Below, in pieces: positions 36,022 to 45,222 of a stretch of 55,176 bases of DNA (positions are counted from its first letter, which is position 1; every line of letters starts with the position of its first letter). The position numbers and the translations under genes were made by a program. Below the pieces are notes generated by a model, which worked only from the letters and a program-made list of their open reading frames with translations, did no database searches and was not told the origin of the DNA. The stretch covers positions 1-55,176 of the forward strand of contig JBFZAT010000044.1 of NCBI GenBank assembly GCA_041308845.1. Reading direction: 5' to 3'. The DNA is from Candidatus Omnitrophota bacterium. GTDB lineage: Bacteria; Omnitrophota; Gorgyraeia; Gygaellales; Profunditerraquicolaceae.

Positions 36022-37182
36022 ATGCATATTTTTTTAACCGGAGCAACCGGATTTCTTGGCACAGTTCTTTTACGAGATTTACTTATTAAAGGGCATACGG
36101 TGACCGCCTTGGCCCGGGCTAAACATGGAGTAAGCGCTTTAAATAGAATTAAGGGGCGCTTGTTTGATTACGATGCGGAATTTGATTTTGCTCAGGTTAT
36201 TGGACGCTCCTTGCACATTGCCGAACAGGGTTCGTTTAAGGAACATTTTGGGTTAGATAAGCAAGTTTTCCTTAAATATGCCAGCCAGGCAGATATGATT
36301 ATTCATAATGCTGCTTGCACCGAGCTAGAAGCTGATTGGAGTATTTATGAGACAGTTAATATCAAAGGAACTAAGACGGCTATTGAGTTTGCTGCTTTAA
36401 CCCCGAGCAGATGCTTGGCCTATACTAGTTCAGCTTATGTCGCCGGAACTCAAAGCGGCAGGGTTTATGAGGAGGAGTTGGTCGCCGGCGGTAGTTTCCG
36501 CAACGGCTATGAAAAAAGCAAAGCTATTTCCGAGAATGAGGTACGTCTGGCTGCTTCTAGCGGCATAATCCGTTCGATGATTTTTAGGCCGAGCATTATT
36601 GTGGGCAGTTCTAGAAACGGGTGGATGTGCGAGGAGCACCATTTTTTTGATTTTATCTTCCGGCTTTCCTTAATCCATAAAATTATTCTTAAGCAACTTT
36701 CTGCTTTAAAGCTTAAAGTGGATTATCGATTTCGAATCCCCGGAGACCCCCAAACTACTAAGAATTTTGTTCCGGTTGACTACGTGGCAAATTCGATTAC
36801 TCTGCTCATTGAAAAAAGCCAAGCCTGGGGAAAATCTTTCCACTTGACTCATCCGCGGCCGCTTAAACTTAAACTGCTGGAAGGTTATATTCAGAAAGCC
36901 TTAGGCTGGCTAGAAATTACGCTTTGCTCAAAAGAGGAGATTAAAAACCTTTCGCCGCTAGAAAAAAAATTTTTCCGTTCCACGCAGATTTATGAAAAGT
37001 ATTTTTGGCAGGAGCCTTTTTTTGACCAGAGTAACTTAGAAGGAGTTTTAGGCAGCCGTCTTCCGGTACCGGAACCAATATCTCAGGAGTTGATTAGCCA
37101 GATCATTGAGTTTATTAAAGTCAAGCACTTACATAGAAAAAAAATTAAAATGGATCGGGTTAAACAGCCAATGAGTGTTTAG
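36022..37182 (+). CDS. Extended SDR (fatty acyl/thioester reductase-like, NAD_binding_4)
   Basis: LTGATGFLG, HNAA, SSAYVAG, NGYEKSK, FRPSIIVG, VPVDYV. Confidence 0.85.
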   Translation: MHIFLTGATGFLGTVLLRDLLIKGHTVTALARAKHGVSALNRIKGRLFDYDAEFDFAQVIGRSLHIAEQGSFKEHFGLDKQVFLKYASQADMIIHNAACTELEADWSIYETVNIKGTKTAIEFAALTPSRCLAYTSSAYVAGTQSGRVYEEELVAGGSFRNGYEKSKAISENEVRLAASSGIIRSMIFRPSIIVGSSRNGWMCEEHHFFDFIFRLSLIHKIILKQLSALKLKVDYRFRIPGDPQTTKNFVPVDYVANSITLLIEKSQAWGKSFHLTHPRPLKLKLLEGYIQKALGWLEITLCSKEEIKNLSPLEKKFFRSTQIYEKYFWQEPFFDQSNLEGVLGSRLPVPEPISQELISQIIEFIKVKHLHRKKIKMDRVKQPMSV

Positions 37183-37346
37183 AAGATTCTGGATTCAAAA
37201 AAATCTTGACTTTTCTATTAGTCGGTTATATCATTCTTATATGGTTCATCAAGATTTAGTCAGAAAAAAATCAGCAGCAATTTTTTAAAAAAGATTGCTG
37301 CTTTGTTTTGGCCTGCTTTCAGATAGTCTAACTAAAAGGAGGGGAG

Positions 37347-37511
37347 ATGAAGATACTCAAGATTATTTTGGCAATTGTTTTTCCGCCGGTAGCTGCATTC
37401 ATGCAGGTTGGTTTAACTAACCATTTTTGGATCAATATCGTACTTTGCCTATTTTTCTACCTGCCCGGGATTTTGCATGCGCTTTGGCTGGTGTTGACGG
37501 ACAAGAAATAA
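37347..37511 (+). CDS. YqaE/Pmp3 family small membrane protein (54 aa), not in ORF track
   Basis: MKILKIILAIVFPPVAAFMQVGLTNHFWINIVLCLFFYLPGILHALWLVLTDKK*; AAGGAGG RBS. Confidence 0.92.
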   Translation: MKILKIILAIVFPPVAAFMQVGLTNHFWINIVLCLFFYLPGILHALWLVLTDKK

Positions 37512-37552
37512 GAGCTGCGGTTTTTTAATTTTGCTGTTTATTGTTTATATGG

Positions 37553-37588
37553 AAAGCGCCCTGATAAAAAATCTTGTCAGGGCGCTTT
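37553..37588 (+). terminator. Intrinsic terminator-like hairpin
   Basis: AAAGCGCCCTGATA / TGTCAGGGCGCTTT. Confidence 0.7.
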
Positions 37589-37726
37589 AAAATATTATGG
37601 TTTTTTCACGTAAAATCCTTGTTTTTAGCATCTAATTCTGGGGTTGTGCCCCTGGAACTTGTTTTAACAGTTTTTGATAATTCTTCACAATTTTAATCTT
37701 AAAAAAACAAAGTAAAAAAAGATAAT

Positions 37727-38521
37727 ATGAAAACTGCGATTTATTATTTTTCGTCAACGGGAAATTCTTTAGTCGTAGCAAAAGAACTCGTTTCCGGTTT
37801 AGCTCAAGCAGAACTTATTCCGATTACCCAAGCTTTAAAAAATCCGGATGCCCGAAACTATGATGTAATTGGATTTGTTTATCCGGTTTATATGTTCGGT
37901 TTACCCCTGATTGTCAGGGATTTTTTAAGAACCTTAAACATAAAGCCCGAAGCTTATATTTTTAGCGTGGCTACTTTGGGAGGTTTAGCGGGGAGAGCGC
38001 ACAGTCTAGCTAAAAAAATTTTAAAAAAACGCGGCTTGGATTTAGCCTGTGGTTTTTCGGTGCAAATGCCGGGTAACTATGTTCCTTTGTACGAAGCATT
38101 CTCAAAAGAGCGGCAGGCGGAGATGTTTAAGCAGCAAAAAATAAAAACCCGTTTGATTTTAGACTTAGTGCGTCAGAGAAAATCCGGCCTTATAGAAGAG
38201 AAGCCTTTTTTCTTGAACCTTTTACTTTATAAAATACTCTATTGGCGAGGTTCTGCGCAGATTCCGTTTTCTGCCAGAGATTTCTGGATTACTGAAAAAT
38301 GTACCCAATGCGGTATTTGCGCTCAGGTTTGCCCAGTAGGAAATATTCGTTTAAAAAATGGTCAGCCGGTCTGGTTGGCTCACTGTCAGCATTGCCTGGG
38401 ATGTTTACAATGGTGTCCGGTAGAAGCTATCCAATATAAAAAATCAACCCTGGGCAAAAAACGCTACCGCCATCCGGAAATTGAAATCGTAGAGATTATT
38501 GCTCAGAGTCAGCAAGGTTGA
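37727..38521 (+). CDS. EFR1-type flavodoxin-ferredoxin fusion
   Basis: YFSSTGNS, GFVYPVY, CTQCGICAQVCP, CQHCLGCLQWCP. Confidence 0.88.
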   Translation: MKTAIYYFSSTGNSLVVAKELVSGLAQAELIPITQALKNPDARNYDVIGFVYPVYMFGLPLIVRDFLRTLNIKPEAYIFSVATLGGLAGRAHSLAKKILKKRGLDLACGFSVQMPGNYVPLYEAFSKERQAEMFKQQKIKTRLILDLVRQRKSGLIEEKPFFLNLLLYKILYWRGSAQIPFSARDFWITEKCTQCGICAQVCPVGNIRLKNGQPVWLAHCQHCLGCLQWCPVEAIQYKKSTLGKKRYRHPEIEIVEIIAQSQQG

Positions 38522-38549
38522 TATTTAGATTTTTTACAGAGAATAATAG

Positions 38550-38888
38550 ATGGCTGCGGACGAAATTAAAAGAAGAGCTAAGCGTTATGAATGTTTGCAA
38601 GAAATCAAGGTGCGCTTCAGCGGACAGGATAATGACACAGTCCTAGCGCTTAAGGACATCAGTAGTTTAGGTTTAAGAGTGATTGTAGCCAGGCTAGTTA
38701 AACCCGGAGATTTTTTGGAAATTAAAATGCAAGTCCATGGCCGGAATATCTGCTGTAAAGGAAAAGTAATTTGGGCCTTGTTGCTTAGGCCCAGCTTAGG
38801 CAATATCAGTTCTTTTGATGCCGGGATAGAATTTCTGGAGTTAAATAGCCAGGATAAAGAATTTTTGGAGAAATTAACCGGTGCATAA
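38550..38888 (+). CDS. Stand-alone PilZ domain protein
   Basis: RRAKR (RxxxR) and DISSLG (DxSxxG). Confidence 0.85.
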   Translation: MAADEIKRRAKRYECLQEIKVRFSGQDNDTVLALKDISSLGLRVIVARLVKPGDFLEIKMQVHGRNICCKGKVIWALLLRPSLGNISSFDAGIEFLELNSQDKEFLEKLTGA

Positions 38889-39186
38889 AAGCATTAATCT
38901 TCGGCTAACTCTTGTATCTACGGTTCTACTTTCGCTGGCGGGGGTTATAGTTGCTTTTATGATACAGTCTCAGGCCAGTTATTCGGTAAATTCTTGCAGT
39001 TATCTTGATCCGCTTATTGTGGATATCTGGGCCATGGTTTTTGCTGTTTTTTTAATATTAGAAGGGTACCTGGATATCTTTCGCTATTGCGATTATCCTT
39101 TGAAAAAACAAATTACGAAATCAATCCGCATCGGGATAGGTTTTGCTATTTCAACCATACATATCATGCAATTTCTGCACAAGTAG
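38881..39186 (+). CDS. Small multi-pass membrane hypothetical protein
   Basis: Three hydrophobic segments; overlaps PilZ gene. Confidence 0.65.
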   Translation: MHKSINLRLTLVSTVLLSLAGVIVAFMIQSQASYSVNSCSYLDPLIVDIWAMVFAVFLILEGYLDIFRYCDYPLKKQITKSIRIGIGFAISTIHIMQFLHK

Positions 39187-39298
39187 AATTAAAAAGAATA
39201 ATATTAATTGTCCAGTTAACTTATATAAAATTCAGTTAGATTGAGCTGGAGCTAAAGTTGTTCTGGGGCAATGATTTAGTTCAAACAGGAGGGTAAAG

Positions 39299-39676
39299 GT
39301 GATAAGAAAAATCTTGAGCATTTCTATAATATTTTTGATTATTTTAAGCCTCGGGGGGTGTGCTAGGACCTCCGGTTTACATCCTGAAACTAAAGGCCCG
39401 AAGCTCATCCTGAATGCTTCTTATGCCCAGGGCCTATTGTTAGCTAAAGAGGCGCTAAAAGCAGAGCCAATTCGATTCGAAAATGCGATTTTCACTCCAG
39501 ATCTGGTAAGGTTAAAGGGATTTTATACTGACGGTAGAATCCTGGAGCTGGCAATCTCTAAAATTAGCGATGTTGAATCTAACCTCTGGGTGCATGTTGA
39601 TAATTCTGTTACAGCTGATAGTGATGGGTTAAGAATCCTTGAGATAATTATGCAGTATTCCAATCAGCGCAAGTAA
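39299..39676 (+). CDS. Hypothetical lipoprotein
   Basis: GGAGG RBS, GTG start, SLGGC lipobox. Confidence 0.7.
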   Translation: MIRKILSISIIFLIILSLGGCARTSGLHPETKGPKLILNASYAQGLLLAKEALKAEPIRFENAIFTPDLVRLKGFYTDGRILELAISKISDVESNLWVHVDNSVTADSDGLRILEIIMQYSNQRK

Positions 39677-39728
39677 GGTTATTTGTCCTCTAGCTGCATA
39701 TCTGGGATAAATAATGCCGATTTAATTA

Positions 39729-39757
39729 TTGACCCGCTTTTGCCCCCTGAGTATAAT
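39729..39757 (+). promoter_or_regulatory. Sigma70-type promoter
   Basis: TTGACC-N17-TATAAT. Confidence 0.65.
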
Positions 39758-39984
39758 GTAATCATAGCTGAGGATGGAGTAATTAAAAAAGGAAGTGAAG
39801 TAAATAGACCAGTCGCTAATTTCTAGAATGATTATTTTGTTGGCCCAAGTTAGTTATAATGCAGAAGCTTGGGTTTTTATTTTAAGAGTTTTTAAGCGCT
39901 TATAAGCAGCTTCAATAGGGCATAAGGTTAATCAGTTTATTTATACTTCCCAGTTTTTATTTACAGATAAACGGTAGATTGTTC

Positions 39985-40013
39985 TTGTTATATGTGAACA
40001 AGCCTTATATAAT
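39985..40013 (+). promoter_or_regulatory. Sigma70-type promoter proximal to MoxR operon
   Basis: TTGTTA-N17-TATAAT, 33 bp before ATG 40047. Confidence 0.5.
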
Positions 40014-40046
40014 TAATTGGTTAATAATCTAAGCTAAGGAGGCTTT

Positions 40047-40973
40047 ATGTATAACGAAGAGATAAAGAAACTAATCGAGAATGTTGAAAAAGTTATCGTG
40101 GGTAAAACGGAAGTGGTTAAGCTATTGACGGTAGGAATTCTCACCAATGGCCATATTCTTATCGATGATGTCCCCGGAATGGGTAAAACCATGCTTTCTT
40201 TGGCATTAGCCAAATCTATTAATGCCGATTTTAAAAGAATCCAGTTTACTCCTGACCTTTTGCCTTCGGATGTTACCGGTGGTTTTATCTATAGTCCTAA
40301 AACCGGGGAATTTGATTTTAAAAAAGGCCCGGTTTTTACGAATATTCTTTTGGCTGATGAAATTAACCGGACGACTCCCCGCACGCAATCTGCGCTTTTG
40401 GAGTGTATGCAGGAGCGTTCTGTTTCTATTGATTGCAAGACTTTTATTCTGCCTAAGCCTTTTATGGTGGTGGGCACACAAAACCCGATCGAATACCAGG
40501 GGACTTACCCTTTACCGGAAGCCCAATTGGACAGGTTTTTAATGAAGATTAATGTTGGTTACCTATCTTTAGAAGAAGAAAAGCGGGTGACTATTGGTCA
40601 GAAGTTGCAGCATCCGATTGAAAATCTACAGCCGGTTCTAACCGTAGATGCGGTTTTAGGATTACAGGAGAAGATAAAAAATGTCGAAATTACGACTACT
40701 GTGCTTAATTATATCGTCAGCTTGGTTTCTGCTACCCGTAAAAAAGAAGAGGTGCGTTTAGGTGCCAGTCCGCGGGCTTCGATTGCGCTGATGAAAGCTA
40801 GTTGTGCCTGGGCTTTTATTGAAGGCCGGGATTATGTGATCCCCGAAGACGTGATTAAACTTGCGTATTGGGTGCTTGGTCACCGGATCATATTACATCC
40901 TAAGGCTTTGGTGGCCGAAAAGACACCCGCATCAATTATTACTGAAATTGTGCGTAGTATCCCGGTTTCCTAA
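40047..40973 (+). CDS. MoxR family AAA+ ATPase
   Basis: DDVPGMGKT, RIQFTPDLLPSDVTG, LADEINRTTPRTQSALLE, TQNPIEYQGTYPLPEAQLDRF. Confidence 0.96.
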   Translation: MYNEEIKKLIENVEKVIVGKTEVVKLLTVGILTNGHILIDDVPGMGKTMLSLALAKSINADFKRIQFTPDLLPSDVTGGFIYSPKTGEFDFKKGPVFTNILLADEINRTTPRTQSALLECMQERSVSIDCKTFILPKPFMVVGTQNPIEYQGTYPLPEAQLDRFLMKINVGYLSLEEEKRVTIGQKLQHPIENLQPVLTVDAVLGLQEKIKNVEITTTVLNYIVSLVSATRKKEEVRLGASPRASIALMKASCAWAFIEGRDYVIPEDVIKLAYWVLGHRIILHPKALVAEKTPASIITEIVRSIPVS

Positions 40974-40976
40974 AAT

Positions 40977-42206
40977 ATGTTAAAAACTTTTCGATTGAAA
41001 TGGTTTCTTTTGGGATTTTTCTTTATTTCCAACCTGTTGATCGGATTAAAGACTACGCGGGAATTTTTCTTTTTCTTTGCTTATTTTTTGCTTTCCGCGG
41101 TTGTTATTAGCCTGCTCTGGTTACTTTTAACTTATTTCTCGGTTTACCTGCAGTTATCCAGAAAAATGATCAGCCGGGTTACTGAAGATGACATTCTGGA
41201 TGTTTCCACGCAGATCTTTAACGATAGTTTTCTACCGGTTTTTAATTTGGTCCTGGAAGATAACTTTTCCTGCCCGCAGCCTAACCGTGAAAAGAAAAGA
41301 TTTTTTTTAGGTTATCTGGGGGCCAAATCTTCCCGGGAAATTCAGTATAACTACCTTTGCTCTCAAAGAGGTGAATACAGGACTGGGCCTTTGGTGGTCT
41401 ATTTCTTTGACCCTCTAAACTTATTTTTCTTTAAGCGATCTTTTCAGATTTATTCCAAAGTCATCGTTTATCCGAAAATATTCAGAATTGAGAAATTCCC
41501 TCCTTTGACTAGAAGCGTACTGCCTTGGTTTGGGATTGAGACTGCGCGTTCTAGCGGAGATGAGGATGAGTTCTATGGAGTGCGGGAGTATAAAGAGGGC
41601 GAATCGGTAAAAAAGATCCATTGGATCTCCAGCGCCCGTAAAAATAAACTTATCGTAAAACAATTCCAACTGCAGAGTTTTTTCGGGACAACGATCGTTT
41701 TTAATCTGGAGAAAGAAAAGAATTTAGGCCAAGGCAAAGAATCCGTAGCCGAATATATTATTAAAATTGCCGCCAGCGTAGCGCATTATCTCACCGAAAG
41801 GGGAGTTTCTATTGAGCTGTTGGCGCATATCGGGGAGATGGTACATTTGCCATTTAATAAAGGGCAGGAACATCTGGAGGATATTCTTAAGGTATTAGCT
41901 GTTGCCCAAGCCGAAAGCCGGATTAGTTTAAGGGAGGCTTTTGAAGAATTTGCCCGCTACATTCCTAATAATTCCAGCTTGATCGTGGTGATGTCTGACC
42001 AGGATTATGCTGATCTACCTCGGATGGTCTCTTTATATAGCCGGGGTGTTTCTTTAATTCCTTTAATTGTTGTAGCGGATACTTTTCTGCCGGTTTTTGA
42101 CAAAGTGAAAATAATCCGTCAAACAAAAATTAAGATTTCCAACCTAGTTAATATGCAGGCTAAGTTTTTTTCCCAAGGCGATAATTTATCCGAGGTATTT
42201 ATTTAA
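40977..42206 (+). CDS. DUF58 domain membrane protein
   Basis: Two N-terminal TMs, RGEYRTGP, DPLNLF, EFYGVREYKEGESVKKIHWISSAR. Confidence 0.9.
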   Translation: MLKTFRLKWFLLGFFFISNLLIGLKTTREFFFFFAYFLLSAVVISLLWLLLTYFSVYLQLSRKMISRVTEDDILDVSTQIFNDSFLPVFNLVLEDNFSCPQPNREKKRFFLGYLGAKSSREIQYNYLCSQRGEYRTGPLVVYFFDPLNLFFFKRSFQIYSKVIVYPKIFRIEKFPPLTRSVLPWFGIETARSSGDEDEFYGVREYKEGESVKKIHWISSARKNKLIVKQFQLQSFFGTTIVFNLEKEKNLGQGKESVAEYIIKIAASVAHYLTERGVSIELLAHIGEMVHLPFNKGQEHLEDILKVLAVAQAESRISLREAFEEFARYIPNNSSLIVVMSDQDYADLPRMVSLYSRGVSLIPLIVVADTFLPVFDKVKIIRQTKIKISNLVNMQAKFFSQGDNLSEVFI

Positions 42207-45200
42207 GTGATTATACAGATGGAGCAGAAAGACGAAAGATTACTTTTAGAGCTGGGATTGACTTGGGCGGCGGTGATTACAGCGGGATTTTTACTAAAAA
42301 CTACTATTTTCTGGCCCTATCAGCTGCTTTTAATTTTCGGTACAATCGTTGGTTTTGCTTTTGGCTGGTATAATCGTCAAGGAAAAATTAATGCGGTGAA
42401 GTATTTTACCGACGCAGCGATCCTGATTACTGTGGCCTGGATCGGCTACCGTGTGTATAGATCTACTTTCCTGTACAAAGAAGTTATCGCTATTCTCACT
42501 CAGGGAATAATTATCCTGCAGATAATTTTTAGTTTTAATTTCAGCTCACCCGGTAAAATAGCTTTTATCCGAATTTTAAGCCTATTAGTTTTTATGACTT
42601 CCCCAGTTTTTGCCTTTATTTATAATATACCCTTGGCGCTTGCTTATTTGTTAGTTTGGCTAGGTATATTGCGTTTTCAATTCAAAGGATTTGCGCAATC
42701 TTTTCCGGAAGAGGCGCCTGGGCGCTATTATTCCTGGATGACTTCACTGACCTGTTTTCTGTTAGTTGCAATTATGGCCTGGTTTATCTCATCGAATGTT
42801 TATTTAGGCAGGATTAAACAAGGAGTGTTGCTTGATGAAGATTTGCAAGACAGCGGCCCCAGCGGTGGTCAAGATTCTAACCAAGCGGATAAATTTTATA
42901 GTTTGCAAGATGACCTGCAGGCCCAGATTATTGATTTAGCGGCAAAATTAGGTTCTTATGAAAAAAGCCGCCAACTTATTTATTTATTTTCAGAGTTGAT
43001 CAAAGAATCTTTGAAGACCATGGAAACAGATAAGGCCGAAATTGGTTTAGTCGATATTCTCAAACGTCAAGGGGCGGGGTTAGAAGGTAGCGCTGCAGCT
43101 ATGACCTTAGCTAAGGAGTATTTGAATCAAAAAAACTCTCGGCAGATGGAACAGAATAAAGAGGGTATTGTGGATATGCTGAAGAAACATCCTCTAGGCA
43201 TGATCGATAAAATCAAAATTATCAGCTTGGCCAATAAAATTCAGCAAGCTAGTTCTTATCAACAATTGAAAGATAACCGACGGGCATTGCAGAATACGAT
43301 TCAGAATTCAGCGTTAGGGAAAAATATAAAAAAAGACCTGAGCAGTTTTGGGCGTAAGCTGGCGGATTCAAAAGCTTATGAATTTTACCGGCGGAAGATT
43401 AAAAAATTAGACCAAAGAATCCCTGCTTTGAGCCAACCTAGCGAAAGAAAAATTATGGACACCTTTGAGGACCTTAAGCATACTCAAAGTTTAAATGATT
43501 TTAAGCAGACCGCTAAAGAAATCCGTCAGCTAAAAAATGACCAGAATATTTCCGGCCAGCCGACTGGAAAAGAAGCGATTAAAGATTTAGAAGAAGCGGC
43601 GCGGTTAAAGCTGGATTTAATTTTTGCGGAAAAAACCGAGCAGGTAAGGAGTGCAGCGTTACGCAAGCAGGATGTTGGTGCTTTTACGGAGGAGTTCGAT
43701 AAAAAAATGGATGGGGCGGTAAATGCCCAGATTTACCTGGAATTTATCCAAGAATTCTCCGGGCTTAGCCAACAGAATAAGAATAATAATTTAGGTTTAG
43801 CAGATGATTTAGAGCAGGTGCTGGATTTAAAAACCGAAGTTCACAAGCAGATAGAAAAAAACCGTTTAGATAATTGGATGGAGAAGGGTGTGCCTGTCCA
43901 GGCAAAGCAAGAAGTTACTGAGTCCTTAGAGATCTTAGAGGAGCAGGAGAAAAGCGCTGATTTAGAGAGTCAGTTGGGAGAATTAGTCGATAAAGTTAGA
44001 GGATTAGAAAAAAAAGGTGAAGTATCGCCTGCGATTGCCGCCGGTTTAGTGAAGGCCGCTACAGATTTTAAAAATCTTCTGGAGGAGAAACTACAGGCCC
44101 AGGCAGAACTAAAAAGCGGGAGAGAAACGGACAGCAGCCTGGAAAAATATGATTATTTCGAACAACTGCAGCAAGCGATTACCGAGTCCTCTTTAAATAA
44201 TCAAAACAAAGAAACGTTGAGGGCTTTATCCGAACAGCTGATTCAATCTCAGAGTTTATCCGAGTTGGAAGAGGTTAAAGAAGGATTAGATAATAAAGTT
44301 TCTTCTTTAGCCTTGCAAGGGGCTTTTGATAAAAATCGTAAGAACCAATTAAATGAACTTAAAACCCTCTTGGCCAATCTGGAGAGAAGAATTGATAATT
44401 TAGAAAATCTGACTGCCGCACAGATCAGCCAGCTGCAGGGATATTTAAACCGGCTGCAGCAGGCCAAGGATCTGCGCGAGTTAGAAAACATCGCTCAGGA
44501 GTTCGCCCAGGCTATCGGCGCCAATCCGGCTTTAGATAAACAGGAGCAGGCCAGAATGCTGGCGGACCTGCAGAAATTAAAAGAAATCATCCGTTCCCTG
44601 CTGGGGAAAAAGGTGCTCACTCCGGAAGAATTCAAAGAGGTAAACCGGATTAACGAAAAAGTTAATCAGGTGGCTGAAATTAAAAGACAGTTTTTATCTA
44701 GCCAGTTTTTAACAGAAATTTTGGAGAGAATAGAAGCCTTAAGTGCCCAGGATGAAAAAAAGGCTCAAGAGCTACAGAATAAATTAGATCAGTTGCGTGA
44801 GAGTAAAGCTCCCGAGGAAGTAGAAAAGATAATCGCGGATTTAAAAAATATTATTAATAAAGAGAGTGAGCAAAAGAATAAAGTTAAACCTAAGGATGAA
44901 GAAAACCAGCCAGAGTTTAAAATTTATATTATTGCTGCGCCGCTAATCGTTGCACCGGGTAAAACCGTGCCCTTGAAGGTAATCGCTATTTATAATAACG
45001 GATATATTAAAGAATTAAGCAGGGATGTGGAGTGGTTTTCAACAAATCCCCAGGTTGCCTGGGTTGATGATTTTAACTTTTTACGCCCATTAGCTTTGGG
45101 TAGAACTAAGATTAAAGTTGTTTACAAAAGGGCAGTTAGCCAAGACACGGATGTTCACGTCGTCGAAGACTTGGATTCCCAAACTGTCCAGTCGATTAAG

Positions 45201-45218
45201 CGGGAGATTGGGCAATAA
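42207..45218 (+). CDS. Large multi-TM protein with long helical repeat region and C-terminal Ig-like (Big_2) domain
   Basis: ~6 N-terminal TMs, ~700 aa E/K/L/Q-rich helices, C-terminal VPLKVIAIYNNG...VEWFSTNPQVA. Confidence 0.75.
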   Translation: MIIQMEQKDERLLLELGLTWAAVITAGFLLKTTIFWPYQLLLIFGTIVGFAFGWYNRQGKINAVKYFTDAAILITVAWIGYRVYRSTFLYKEVIAILTQGIIILQIIFSFNFSSPGKIAFIRILSLLVFMTSPVFAFIYNIPLALAYLLVWLGILRFQFKGFAQSFPEEAPGRYYSWMTSLTCFLLVAIMAWFISSNVYLGRIKQGVLLDEDLQDSGPSGGQDSNQADKFYSLQDDLQAQIIDLAAKLGSYEKSRQLIYLFSELIKESLKTMETDKAEIGLVDILKRQGAGLEGSAAAMTLAKEYLNQKNSRQMEQNKEGIVDMLKKHPLGMIDKIKIISLANKIQQASSYQQLKDNRRALQNTIQNSALGKNIKKDLSSFGRKLADSKAYEFYRRKIKKLDQRIPALSQPSERKIMDTFEDLKHTQSLNDFKQTAKEIRQLKNDQNISGQPTGKEAIKDLEEAARLKLDLIFAEKTEQVRSAALRKQDVGAFTEEFDKKMDGAVNAQIYLEFIQEFSGLSQQNKNNNLGLADDLEQVLDLKTEVHKQIEKNRLDNWMEKGVPVQAKQEVTESLEILEEQEKSADLESQLGELVDKVRGLEKKGEVSPAIAAGLVKAATDFKNLLEEKLQAQAELKSGRETDSSLEKYDYFEQLQQAITESSLNNQNKETLRALSEQLIQSQSLSELEEVKEGLDNKVSSLALQGAFDKNRKNQLNELKTLLANLERRIDNLENLTAAQISQLQGYLNRLQQAKDLRELENIAQEFAQAIGANPALDKQEQARMLADLQKLKEIIRSLLGKKVLTPEEFKEVNRINEKVNQVAEIKRQFLSSQFLTEILERIEALSAQDEKKAQELQNKLDQLRESKAPEEVEKIIADLKNIINKESEQKNKVKPKDEENQPEFKIYIIAAPLIVAPGKTVPLKVIAIYNNGYIKELSRDVEWFSTNPQVAWVDDFNFLRPLALGRTKIKVVYKRAVSQDTDVHVVEDLDSQTVQSIKREIGQ

Positions 45219-45222
45219 ACTT

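Noticed and set aside
37260-37310. GCAGCAAT/ATTGCTGC hairpin upstream of the Pmp3 gene as an attenuator
   Set aside because: No aptamer-like conserved sequence; could be an ordinary terminator.
39683-39826. 47-codon TTG-start ORF
   Set aside because: Weak RBS, no motif, and overlaps a good sigma70 promoter.
45118-45222. Upstream extension of the Ig-repeat gene given by the ORF track
   Set aside because: Overlaps the previous gene by 100 bp; the signal peptide begins at ATG 45223.
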